DNA from: Corallococcus sp.
GTDB lineage: Bacteria > Bacillota > Clostridia > Christensenellales > CAG-314
DNA: 64,000 nucleotides
Assembly: GCA_023667435.1 (NCBI GenBank)
Contig: JAMPAB010000001.1
Coordinates: 21,960 to 85,959, forward strand
Direction of reading: 5' to 3'
Shown here: in pieces, positions 47,202-56,500 of the stretch
How positions within the stretch are numbered: the stretch's first letter is position 1
How the letters are laid out: each line of letters starts with the position of its first letter
Notes under the pieces: generated by a model
Database searches by the model: none
Told to the model about the DNA's origin: nothing
The model's input: the letters and a program-made list of their open reading frames with translations, nothing else
Made by a program: the position numbers and the translations under genes

Positions 47202-47229
47202 ATTGTAACACAAACGTTTAATTTTGCAA
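47202..47229 (-). promoter_or_regulatory. Promoter that would give a leaderless mRNA for the methyltransferase.
   Basis: On the minus strand: TTGCAA, a 16-nt spacer, TACAAT, 6 nt, then ATG. No SD sequence is present. Confidence 0.4.
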
Positions 47230-47445
47230 CGAATTTTTTCCGTACAATAAATACCGACAATTAAGCAGTCGTCTGTTCTTTGAAACGCCTAAAAAGCAAT
47301 AATTACACAAAAAACCGTACCGTTATATAAATCAAGTGAAATTTCAAATAGACCGCTATCGAATTTTATCATCGAATTTATTATTGCCGCAAAACCGAAG
47401 GGCTGCCGCAAGTTTTTATTTGCTTACGACAGCCCTTATAAAAAT

Positions 47446-50208
47446 TTACAAATTCTGCGCCGATGCCGTACCGTCGAATACGTTTAAACGGATTTCGAGA
47501 GTGTCCGTATTCTCTTTATCTCCTGCTTCTATCACAACGGAATGTATTACGAGATTTCCGTAAACGTTCGGTTCCTCCAACATAAACACAGTTACGTTTT
47601 TGCCGAGCGCCGTCCCGCTAACGTCGGTGATTCGGAGAGAATAATACTCGGAATTTTCGTGAATTATTTTTTCGGCAACGTAAAATATCTGCAAACTGCA
47701 ACCGTCTCCTACGCAGTCGGCGCTGCCATCTCCCAACGGCAGAGAGTACAGCGTGTAGCTTCCGTCTTGTCCTGCGGGGAAATTAACGCGGTTAACTCCT
47801 TCGAACGGTTCGTAGTAAACGGGAAGAAACTGTCCGTCGTCGTTGTTGCGCATATAGTACGCAACGTTTTCCTCGTCGAAACCCAGACGCTTGCCGCCGT
47901 CGTAATCGTTTACTTTATACGTCAGCGTTTTGCCGTTATAATCTACGTTTACAGTCCATTTAAACACATCGTCGTTGTCGGGATTTTCCGTACTGTACGC
48001 CCAACCGACTTTTATGATTTCCGTCTTATCCAAGCACTCCGCCGTAAAGATTACGTCGTACGCGGACGCATAAGAAGAATAATAATACGCTAATTTGCCA
48101 CGCAAGCTATCGTAAGTACCGTCGTATTTCAACACGAAGTCGGAGTTATCGAATATTACGTCGGCGCCGTTGTCGGCGGATAGTCTTAGCTCCAACTCCG
48201 AAGAAATTTGCACCGTTCCGTTAAAATCGGCGCACTCGGGCGTAATACAGAACTCGACCACGTCGTAATCGTAGAATTTGTCGGGAACGACGATTTTCCC
48301 CGAAACGTTTTCTTTAAGGGTCAGCGAAACGTATCCGCTGTCGTGTACCGTTACGTTGAAACAATCGAACTTCCCGTTTTGCGTGCTTGGCAGTCCTTTA
48401 ATCTCGGAGTTTTCTTCGTCGCGGGTAATCTTGTTAGGATATAACGCCTGATAAAGATCGAGTTCCATATCTACGTTGAAGGTGGTATACACGCTGTCGT
48501 CGTGCGCGTATGCGGGCGGTTCCCACGTGGACGGATCGTCGGGCAAAAATTCTTTTTCGGGCTGTGCGGGTTCGACGTCTACGTACATAGCTGCGGCGGT
48601 TTCGTCTATATTGACAGTCACGGCAAGCTTGCTTTTAGATGCGTTGGTAAATATCAGACTAACTAACGCGCCGTCGTGTCTGCCGAAATCGAGCGAAGAA
48701 GAAACGTTGAAAGTCAAATCTTTTTTTAGAGAAATTACGGGGAGGAAAACGACGCCGTCCTGCAAATCCACGATGCAGTTGACGACGGATATTGTCGAAC
48801 GTTCGAACACTTTCTTCAATTCGCCGTATAAATCCGTATCGTATTTTAACGCGGCAGTTTGATATTCGGAAGATTTAATCGTTATTTCTTCCGTTTGCAG
48901 TTGGTATAATTTGCTAAACGTAACGTCGGACGACAGTACGGATGCCGCCGCCAAAACGTCCAAATCCAGCGAAGTCATAGGTTTATCCAAAAGATAGACG
49001 ACGTAATCGTTTTCCGATAAAACCAAATTTCCGTTACCCGCCTTAAACAACGGCGAACCCTGCTTGACGGTAATATCGGAGAAACGTCTGTCCTTTCCGC
49101 GAACGTCGTCGAACAGCGTCAGTCTGAATTCGTTAGGACTTTCTATTTCGTTGCCGTCTAAATTTACAATGTGCTGTACGGACGACGGAATTACAAGGGA
49201 CGTGACCATTCCGTTCCTATCGTATACGCGGAATTGACTGCTGATATACTTGACGTCGGAGGGTATCGTCACTTCCGTTTCGACATCTACCGACAGATAC
49301 TCCGTTGCAACCTGCTTGCCGTTTATCTCTTCGAAAATTATACCCTTTTTCTGCGGCGCGGCGGAGCTTTGAATATCTTTAAAATACTTATCCGTCAAAA
49401 AGTTCAACTGCGACTCGGTAAAACTATACTTGTAATCGGTTTTCAATTCGGTAAAATCGGCAGGGTTCAAGTCGAACAGGTCTTGTCCTACCGCTTCGAG
49501 ACAGGCGTCAACCGTTTCGCCGTCGTCGGTAGCATAAAAATCCATTCCGTTCGGAGTATAAACTATCTGCGCATTGCCGCCCGTTCCTATCATTAAAAAT
49601 TCTTTGTCGGAATTGCCCCGCCAAAAAATATTGTCCGACGACCCTTCCAAAACGGAAACGGCGGTGAACACGTAATCGTCTTCTCCCGTAAAGTCTACGT
49701 CGATTTTGTCAAATTGATTTTCGTTGAAATCGTTGTACGACCAAACGGTATTGACGCTTCCGTCTTCGGTGACACGAACGTAATTGTTACCGTCGATTTT
49801 AACGGAAATACCGAAGAAATTCTTTTCGTTGAAATAGTTGGATATGCCGTCTCCCATACACAGCGACATTCTCAGCGACATACCGAATGCCTGCTTTAAC
49901 GCAAACTCGTAGTCGGAAGAATTTACTGCGTACTCGGGACGCTCCATTATCTCGGATACGCTTACCGTACCGTTGGCAGCGTAAAGCGGTTCGGCAACGG
50001 ACAGCATAGCCTGACGCGAGGATGAGGACGCGTTGTCGTAATCGTTTACAAAAATTCCGTTGTCTTTCAAAATCGCAACGATTTTTTTGCGGAACGATAC
50101 GAATTCCTTGTTGTTTGCCGCCTTGTCCGTATTGCCGCAAGCTATAAGCGCAACGCAGCAAACGATCAACATAACGGCGAGTAAAGCGAAAAGCGTTTTT
50201 CTTTTCAT
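47446..50208 (-). CDS. Large surface lipoprotein (920 aa) of unknown function with a BspA-like LRR-type segment.
   Basis: Signal peptide with lipobox LIACGN. The central stretch VTIPSDVKYISSQF...SLVIPSSVQHIVNL resembles BspA-type leucine-rich repeats. I recognised nothing in the rest. Confidence 0.7.
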   Translation of the reverse strand: MKRKTLFALLAVMLIVCCVALIACGNTDKAANNKEFVSFRKKIVAILKDNGIFVNDYDNASSSSRQAMLSVAEPLYAANGTVSVSEIMERPEYAVNSSDYEFALKQAFGMSLRMSLCMGDGISNYFNEKNFFGISVKIDGNNYVRVTEDGSVNTVWSYNDFNENQFDKIDVDFTGEDDYVFTAVSVLEGSSDNIFWRGNSDKEFLMIGTGGNAQIVYTPNGMDFYATDDGETVDACLEAVGQDLFDLNPADFTELKTDYKYSFTESQLNFLTDKYFKDIQSSAAPQKKGIIFEEINGKQVATEYLSVDVETEVTIPSDVKYISSQFRVYDRNGMVTSLVIPSSVQHIVNLDGNEIESPNEFRLTLFDDVRGKDRRFSDITVKQGSPLFKAGNGNLVLSENDYVVYLLDKPMTSLDLDVLAAASVLSSDVTFSKLYQLQTEEITIKSSEYQTAALKYDTDLYGELKKVFERSTISVVNCIVDLQDGVVFLPVISLKKDLTFNVSSSLDFGRHDGALVSLIFTNASKSKLAVTVNIDETAAAMYVDVEPAQPEKEFLPDDPSTWEPPAYAHDDSVYTTFNVDMELDLYQALYPNKITRDEENSEIKGLPSTQNGKFDCFNVTVHDSGYVSLTLKENVSGKIVVPDKFYDYDVVEFCITPECADFNGTVQISSELELRLSADNGADVIFDNSDFVLKYDGTYDSLRGKLAYYYSSYASAYDVIFTAECLDKTEIIKVGWAYSTENPDNDDVFKWTVNVDYNGKTLTYKVNDYDGGKRLGFDEENVAYYMRNNDDGQFLPVYYEPFEGVNRVNFPAGQDGSYTLYSLPLGDGSADCVGDGCSLQIFYVAEKIIHENSEYYSLRITDVSGTALGKNVTVFMLEEPNVYGNLVIHSVVIEAGDKENTDTLEIRLNVFDGTASAQNL

Positions 50209-50235
50209 ATGATCACCTCCGAATTTTCCTTAATA

Positions 50236-50266
50236 AGTATAACAAATATCGCCCCCCCCCCGTCAA
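50236..50266 (-). promoter_or_regulatory. Promoter of the 920-aa lipoprotein gene with a G10 tract inside the spacer.
   Basis: On the minus strand: TTGACG-GGGGGGGGGCGATATTTGT-TATACT, followed by about 25 nt, GGAGG and ATG. The spacer is 19 nt as sequenced. Confidence 0.5.
50252..50261. repeat. Homopolymeric C10 tract (G10 on the minus strand).
   Basis: Read directly as gCCCCCCCCCCg. I saw no longer homopolymeric G/C run in the window. Confidence 0.9.
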
Positions 50267-50584
50267 GTTTTTGAATGTATGTCAAACAATACCAGAACTC
50301 TGCTTTTCTACGCAGCGTAAATTAACGCAGTCTTACCGTATTTCGTATATTGCGCGCAAGACAGACTTTTGTTTGGCAAAAACGCCGAAACACAGTTTCC
50401 GATTCTTTCGCGAATATCGATTTTGCCTTTGTAAAACGGCGGAAACATATCTCTCGACCTTATTTTGTAAACTTAACGACTGTATATTGTTGAGTTTTTC
50501 TCGAATATATGCTAAATTGATAGGCGATTGACTGTCATTGCAACAAAAATCAATTTTAATCTGTTTAATAAATACAAGGACTCT

Positions 50585-51097
50585 ATGAATAAAAGGCGGA
50601 TTGATACACTGCTCATACAAATCTCACACGGAGATAACAATGCCTTTGCCGAACTTTACGAAGGAACGAAACGCGGCGTATTTTCTTTCGTTTATTCGTA
50701 TTACAAAAAATACGAAGACGCGGAAGACGCGATGCAAACCGCGTATTTGAAAATCAAGTTGAATATCAACCAATATAAACACGGCACCGACGGCAGAGCT
50801 TGGATATTGCAAATAGCAAAGAATATCGCAATTAACGATATCAACAGGAATAAGCGACTTGTATATACGGATGATATAGAGGTACGAGACGATATAAAAT
50901 TACCCGACGGCATAACCGACGTAATGAAACGGGTTCTTACCGAAGAAGAATTGTACATAGTCAATCTGCACGTTTTGTGGGGCTATAAGCACCGAGAAAT
51001 AGCTAAAGAGTTGGACTGCCCTACGGGTACGGTTACTTCCAAATATAAACGAAGTATAGAAAAATTAAAAATTGCTTTGAAGGAGGGCGAACAATGA
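50585..51097 (+). CDS. ECF-type sigma-70-family RNA polymerase sigma factor.
   Basis: Region 2 is FAELYEGTKRGVFSFVYSYYKKYEDAEDAMQTAYLKI. Region 4 is the HTH REIAKELDCPTGTVTSKYKRSIEKLK. The start was set at the ATG at 50585, after AAGGA. Confidence 0.85.
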   Translation: MNKRRIDTLLIQISHGDNNAFAELYEGTKRGVFSFVYSYYKKYEDAEDAMQTAYLKIKLNINQYKHGTDGRAWILQIAKNIAINDINRNKRLVYTDDIEVRDDIKLPDGITDVMKRVLTEEELYIVNLHVLWGYKHREIAKELDCPTGTVTSKYKRSIEKLKIALKEGEQ

Positions 51098-52479
51098 AAT
51101 CTTGGGAAAAACGTTGGAAAGACGAGCTTGACGAAATAACGCCCGCCTTGCGCGACGATATTAAAAACACACCTATATCTGCAACCGAAAATATAGAAAA
51201 CAACGGCGGCAATACTGCGGCGTTGTCGCTGAACAGGCAAAAAATGATACCGATTTTTGCAACGACGTTTGCAATATTGCTTTGCGTAGTCCTGTTATGC
51301 GTGTTTCTGATAAAACCGAATAAATCTTACAGTGATTTTTTATTTACGTTGGAGATTAATCCCGCCGTTACGATGTCGGCTGACAAAAACGGTATCGTTA
51401 CGGGAGTAATCGCTTCAAATGCAGACGCCGATATAATCCTATCGAATGAAAACGCGAGCAACGAAATTAAAGGTAAGAGCATAAACGAAGCCGTAACTTA
51501 CTATACCGATTGCGCGGCAAGGCTCGGCTATATCGATTTGGAACAAAGCGGTTCTGCCGTCCGTATCAGCGGGTTCGGCAACGAAGAACTGTTGGTAAAG
51601 GCGAAAAATTCTCTTGAAAATTATTTTGCCGAAAAAGGCGTGCTTGCCGTAGTCGTAACCGAAAGCGTAAACAAAGATGATTTTTCGTTGAGAAGCGGAA
51701 TATCTGCAGACTTATCCGTTGAAGATATAACTGAATATATTACAAACGGTACTATTCTTTTTACGGATAGAAAAGCCGAAGGATTAAATTTGCAGAACTT
51801 ACAAGCCCTGTATAACGAAATTATCGTCGAAGATAAACTTTTTAACTTTGTCAATAACAATCTACCGGATAATGTCGAACGGATTAACAAAAACGCGCAA
51901 GATATGCAGGCTCTTTACGAATTGCATCTTGATATATTAAATCACCCCGATAATCCGATGAAATATTCGCTCGGCGATTATTGGACGGTAAATATACTAT
52001 ACGGCAATATGTTGCAAATGTTAAGCGACGAATTTGCCGGACTTATGACCGAAATGGAAACGGCTCTTAAAAATTATAAGGACGATTACGGTGTTTCGAT
52101 TTTAAGCAGCGTTCAATTAACAAATGCAACGGACAGCTATATCAAAATCCCGACCGATCAACTTACTGCACTATTGGAAGGTTTTTCTCTTGACAAATTC
52201 AAGGAATATTCCTTCGATATAGCGGAAATATTGGAAATGACGGGGGTGGTTACGCACGATTTTTCGGATTGTCTTGAAATCCCCGAATCATTTGATGAAT
52301 TTGTAGAAAAAACGTCGGCGGTTATCAAATCCGAATACGCTTCGAGGATTGAAAACTACGAAAAAACGTATAGCAAATATCGGCAGCCTATTGAAAAATC
52401 CGACTACGAAACCTATATAGACGGTATAGTTCGGCAATACGGCTCACTTAATGATTATTGGAATACGATTAAAAACTAA
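51094..52479 (+). CDS. Putative single-pass anti-sigma factor with a large extracytoplasmic domain.
   Basis: The start overlaps the sigma gene stop by 4 nt (ATGA). A roughly 55-aa cytoplasmic N-terminus, one TM segment (IFATTFAILLCVVLLCVFLI) and a roughly 380-aa outside domain follow. No zinc anti-sigma (ZAS) motif was seen. Confidence 0.55.
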   Translation: MKSWEKRWKDELDEITPALRDDIKNTPISATENIENNGGNTAALSLNRQKMIPIFATTFAILLCVVLLCVFLIKPNKSYSDFLFTLEINPAVTMSADKNGIVTGVIASNADADIILSNENASNEIKGKSINEAVTYYTDCAARLGYIDLEQSGSAVRISGFGNEELLVKAKNSLENYFAEKGVLAVVVTESVNKDDFSLRSGISADLSVEDITEYITNGTILFTDRKAEGLNLQNLQALYNEIIVEDKLFNFVNNNLPDNVERINKNAQDMQALYELHLDILNHPDNPMKYSLGDYWTVNILYGNMLQMLSDEFAGLMTEMETALKNYKDDYGVSILSSVQLTNATDSYIKIPTDQLTALLEGFSLDKFKEYSFDIAEILEMTGVVTHDFSDCLEIPESFDEFVEKTSAVIKSEYASRIENYEKTYSKYRQPIEKSDYETYIDGIVRQYGSLNDYWNTIKN

Positions 52480-52595
52480 CGGCTGCACCTCGATAAAATA
52501 TCGAAGCGCAAAAATTCGCGGATTTTCTTATTTTGCCGCAACAAATATGCAACTTACTTTGTTTAATAGATATAATTAAATTTCGGAGGTAAACA

Positions 52596-53135
52596 ATGGC
52601 TAAAACTAAAAAGAAAAATAACGTTATGGGGTTTGTACTATTGGCGCTTGTTTCGGTTGCGCTTGTAATTGTCGTTGTCGGTATGTTCGTCGGACAAGTG
52701 ATAAGTACCGCTTCGAGCAGTCTCGTCGGCAAATCCGATTCAACCGTAATAAAATTGTTCGATCCCGATGCGTGGAAAATCACGACTGTCGGCGACAACA
52801 AGATAGGCGTAAGCAACGTATTCGGAATCGTGTCGTTTGTCGTTACGCTTGCAGGAATCGTTATTCTTTTACTTGACGCAATATTTCATTACGTACTCGG
52901 AAAAGATTTAAGAATAATTCGTTTTATCGGCGTTGCATTGACGTTCGTCGGCGCCGTACTTATTCTCGTTGCGGGAATGGTTATGGCCAAGCAATACGGA
53001 GATTACGTAAATCTTGATTTCGGCGGCATTGCAAAAAATACGGTATCTGCGGGTGCGGGAGTATGGCTCGGCTTTATCGGCGGACTTATCGGTGCGGTCG
53101 GCGGCGGTCTCGGACTTATGAAAAAATTCGATTGA
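52596..53135 (+). CDS. Small integral membrane protein (about 4 TM) of unknown function.
   Basis: A basic N-terminus (MAKTKKKNN) is followed by four hydrophobic helices. The RBS is GGAGG. Confidence 0.5.
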   Translation: MAKTKKKNNVMGFVLLALVSVALVIVVVGMFVGQVISTASSSLVGKSDSTVIKLFDPDAWKITTVGDNKIGVSNVFGIVSFVVTLAGIVILLLDAIFHYVLGKDLRIIRFIGVALTFVGAVLILVAGMVMAKQYGDYVNLDFGGIAKNTVSAGAGVWLGFIGGLIGAVGGGLGLMKKFD

Positions 53136-53322
53136 TGAAATTTCGCAATAAAATGACATACCGAATATGACTGCATTTTATTACTCGGTACCACTTTGAC
53201 AGTTGCGTATTGCAACAAACATTATCCGTGTAAGATATAATGCGAATTTGGGAATAACATTACCATACAACAAAAACACAACGTGCTGTGTTAAATAAGA
53301 ACAAAAAAATCAGGAGGTTTTT

Positions 53323-54810
53323 ATGAAAAAGAAATTCTGCGCTTTTGCTTTATCGGCTCTTATGGCTTGTTCGATCTTGTCCCTTACCGCTTGCGGCGGC
53401 AATGCGGAGAAGCTCGCTTACGTCAGTTTGGACATCAATCCTGCGATTGAACTTATAGTAGACAAAAACAACAACGTAGTAAGCGTTCGCGGAGAAAACG
53501 AGGACGGTCAGGTTCTTCTGTACGGAGAAACGGGTATCAAAGGCGAAAAAGTAGACGCCGCCATTGCAAAAATAACCGATTTGGCCGTAAAATACGGCTA
53601 TCTCGACGAAGACAACAAAGTCGTAGATACTATTGTTACGTCTGAATACGATGGTTTTGCAAATGAAGTTTTACGTAAGGTCAACGCATCCATCACTGCA
53701 ACCGCCGCCAATCTCGGTTTATCCGTTACTACCGACGGAGACGGCGCATATTCGTTGCAGCGCAAGATGAACGAGTTTAAAGATCGATTCCCTAATAATC
53801 AGGCTATTCAAAATTTAACCGTACAGAAATTCAAGCTTGCGCTTTCCGTTTCGGAAACGGGCGACGTTTCGTTGGAGACGGCGGTCGAGCTTAACGACGG
53901 ACAACTCCTTGAAATGTTGAAAGACGCAAGCGCAAATATCGAAACTTATGCTACGCAGGCATATACGGAAGCGAAAACAAAAGCTCTTGCCATCTACGAA
54001 CAGTCCACTGAAATGGCGGAATATGCGGTTTATACAAGTTTTTATATCGAAAAAATACCGTCGCATCCTATGTCGGCATATTACGGCGGAATATATCAAA
54101 TGTATGCTTCGGCGGCAAAAAGTCTCGACATTACTTGCGACGTTGCCGAACTTGCCATGAAAACGGAAGATTATCCATTGACGAACGAGCAAATCGATGC
54201 CGTAGTATCTGCGCTCGGTATTGAGTCCGCCGATGCGCTGAAAAACTCAAACGGCGACGTTACGGTAAAAAGTATCGAAGCATATGCGGACAAAACGTTC
54301 AAAAACACACCTGCGTCCGACGCTTTGGAACAGACGAAAACCGCTTTATCAAATGCGCTTTCGCAAGCGGAGTCGGTTATTAAAGAAGACGTCGCCGAAA
54401 CGATGAAAAATTATCAACCGCAAATCGAACAGGCAATGCAGAGCGCAGTACAGACAATCGAGGCGCTTAAAAATGTATTGCCGACGAATGTCAAAACTAT
54501 TTTAAACGACGCTATGGCAGATTTCAAAGAGATTTCGACGGCATTAACCGAAGCGCTAAACGACGGACGCTTGGAAATTGCCGAATTGAGAGCTTTTGCA
54601 GACAGGTTGGACGTTAAAGCTCAAGAATATCTCGTCAAGATGAAAAACGATTTGTCCGACGAAGAATGGGCGGAACTCGAGGCAAGAAAAAAAGCCGTTC
54701 TCGATAAAATGTCGGCTCAGAAACAGGCGTTTGAAAAGACTTTAGACGAAGCTGCCGCGACGGCAAAAAATTATCTCGCCGACTTGAAAGCGGAACGCGC
54801 TGCGAGATAA
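53323..54810 (+). CDS. Lipoprotein paralogous to the outside domain of the putative anti-sigma factor, with a helical C-terminal half.
   Basis: Lipobox SLTACGG. The segment SLDINPAIELIVDKNNNVVSVRGENEDGQVLL...AVKYGYLD aligns by eye with TLEINPAVTMSADKNGIVTGVIASNADADIIL...AARLGYID in the product of 51094-52479. Confidence 0.6.
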   Translation: MKKKFCAFALSALMACSILSLTACGGNAEKLAYVSLDINPAIELIVDKNNNVVSVRGENEDGQVLLYGETGIKGEKVDAAIAKITDLAVKYGYLDEDNKVVDTIVTSEYDGFANEVLRKVNASITATAANLGLSVTTDGDGAYSLQRKMNEFKDRFPNNQAIQNLTVQKFKLALSVSETGDVSLETAVELNDGQLLEMLKDASANIETYATQAYTEAKTKALAIYEQSTEMAEYAVYTSFYIEKIPSHPMSAYYGGIYQMYASAAKSLDITCDVAELAMKTEDYPLTNEQIDAVVSALGIESADALKNSNGDVTVKSIEAYADKTFKNTPASDALEQTKTALSNALSQAESVIKEDVAETMKNYQPQIEQAMQSAVQTIEALKNVLPTNVKTILNDAMADFKEISTALTEALNDGRLEIAELRAFADRLDVKAQEYLVKMKNDLSDEEWAELEARKKAVLDKMSAQKQAFEKTLDEAAATAKNYLADLKAERAAR

Positions 54811-54840
54811 CCGGTAAATTTATCGGAATATGACAGAAGA

Positions 54841-54880
54841 GCTGTCGCAAGTAAAAAACTTGCGACAGCCGCTTTATTTT
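54841..54880 (+). terminator. Rho-independent terminator ending the sigma-factor cluster.
   Basis: GCTGTCGCAAG-taaaaaa-CTTGCGACAGC followed by CGCTTTATTTT. Confidence 0.6.
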
Positions 54881-55121
54881 ACGGCAACAATAATTTTAAT
54901 GAGAGAAAATTACCGTAGTTTATTCGGGTTTTCAGCTTCCGCATAGAGCTTCTCGCTATTTTTTGCGTACAATTTTTGTTTCATACGTATTTCAAAAGGG
55001 TTGTCTGCCTAATGCGGCAATCCCTCTATTTGTTACTGCAAATCAATCGAATACTTGCGATGCGTATTTAAATTGAATAAAAAATAACAGTATTTATAAT
55101 ACACCGCAGTATGCGCCTAAC

Positions 55122-55973
55122 TCAATCGTTTGCAAAAAATGCAACGGCAATAGCGCCGGGCCCTACGTGCGCTCCTATTGCGGCGCCTATCATATAGGCG
55201 GGAACATTCTCCGCTTTGCCCTTCCACAGAATTTCGCTGTCGTTTAAATATTTTTTCAAATACTCGTCGTTAAGTCCCGAATAAGCCAACGCATAAGGCA
55301 TAGAAAAATCTATACCGCCGCATTTTTCTACCGATTGCATAAGAAGGTTATTTCCCTTTTTCGAACCGAGAGCTTTACCTGCAAGCTTAACCTCTCCTTT
55401 AATTACCGATACGACGGGTTTTACGGACAGCAATTCTCCTGCAAACGCCGTAACGGAAGAAATGCGTCCTCCTTTACGCAAATACTTCAACGTATCCAAA
55501 ACAGCCAAAAGCTGAATCCTGTTTTTCGCTTCGTTGAGCGTTTCTTCTATTTCCGAAAGCGTACGTTTATTCTCGTTAACGAGTCTCAATGCGTATTCAA
55601 ACAATATTCTTTCGCCTATGCAAGCGTTTAAACTGTCGATTACCCGAACTTTTTCACCGAATTTTTTCGAGGCTTTTACTGCGCTTGCATAAGTGCCCGA
55701 AAGCTTCGATGATATAGTAATAGCTATTACCTCGTCGCCGTCTGTCGTAAGCTCGCTGAAAAGCTCGATCCATCGGTATTCGTTTATCTGGCTTGTCTGA
55801 GGAAAATCGGCGTTTTCTATCAGTTTTTCGAAAAACTCCTTATGCGTAAGGTTCACTCCGTCGAAATATTCTTCCTTGCCGAATCTTACTTGCATCGGAA
55901 CAAGCGTTACGCCGTATTTCGCCGCCTCGTCCGAATCTATATCCGAAGCGGAATCTATTATCAGTTTAATCAT
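55122..55973 (-). CDS. DegV-family fatty-acid-binding protein.
   Basis: The N-terminus IKLIIDSASDIDSDEAAKYGVTLVPMQVRFGKEEYFDG is typical of DegV. The length is 283 aa. Confidence 0.85.
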   Translation of the reverse strand: MIKLIIDSASDIDSDEAAKYGVTLVPMQVRFGKEEYFDGVNLTHKEFFEKLIENADFPQTSQINEYRWIELFSELTTDGDEVIAITISSKLSGTYASAVKASKKFGEKVRVIDSLNACIGERILFEYALRLVNENKRTLSEIEETLNEAKNRIQLLAVLDTLKYLRKGGRISSVTAFAGELLSVKPVVSVIKGEVKLAGKALGSKKGNNLLMQSVEKCGGIDFSMPYALAYSGLNDEYLKKYLNDSEILWKGKAENVPAYMIGAAIGAHVGPGAIAVAFFAND

Positions 55974-56424
55974 CTGCGTTTGTCAACTCCTTGTAGTATC
56001 GAGATAAATTGTCGGCAATCGCGTTAAGCGATTCATAAAAGAATTTCCGCTCGAAGTCTGTAAACTCCGCGCTTACCGCATTGACTGCTTTGTCTATTTT
56101 TAATATAATCTCCTGCGCCACTGCCGAACCACGCTGCGTAAGCTTTACGGGCGCGTTATACGAATCGGGATCGTAATCGGCAAGAGACTTGTCTCTGAGC
56201 AGCTTCAGCGCCCGCGATATAGCCGCTTTGTCCTCGCATGTAAGACGCATCAATTCGCTCGCCGTATAACCCGTTTTTCTCTCGTTGAGAAAATACAGAC
56301 ACATAACGTGAATTGCCTTTAAGTCGTATTCGTACATTTCTCGCTGTTTTATTTTATGTATAAGCTTGTTTATCTTTAAAACGGTTATAGTAAAGCTTTC
56401 AAATCTGTTTTCCATTGCTGCCAT
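55966..56424 (-). CDS. MarR-family transcriptional regulator.
   Basis: The winged-HTH region is TASELMRLTCEDKAAISRALKLLRDKSL. The length is 152 aa. It overlaps the degV start by 8 nt. Confidence 0.85.
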   Translation of the reverse strand: MAAMENRFESFTITVLKINKLIHKIKQREMYEYDLKAIHVMCLYFLNERKTGYTASELMRLTCEDKAAISRALKLLRDKSLADYDPDSYNAPVKLTQRGSAVAQEIILKIDKAVNAVSAEFTDFERKFFYESLNAIADNLSRYYKELTNADD

Positions 56425-56429
56425 CCCGA

Positions 56430-56500
56430 TTGTTGATTTGTCAACAATAGTATATTGCGGTCTTAGGAAATTGTCAATCGTTTTGTTGATAAATCAACAA
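56430..56500 (-). promoter_or_regulatory. The marR-degV promoter, flanked by two copies of a 7-4-7 inverted repeat that are candidate MarR operators.
   Basis: On the minus strand: TTGACA (56477-56472), a 17-nt spacer, TATACT (56454-56449). The repeat TTGTTGA-N4-TCAACAA occurs at 56430-56447, between the -10 element and the ATG, and again at 56483-56500, just upstream of the -35 element. Confidence 0.6.
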
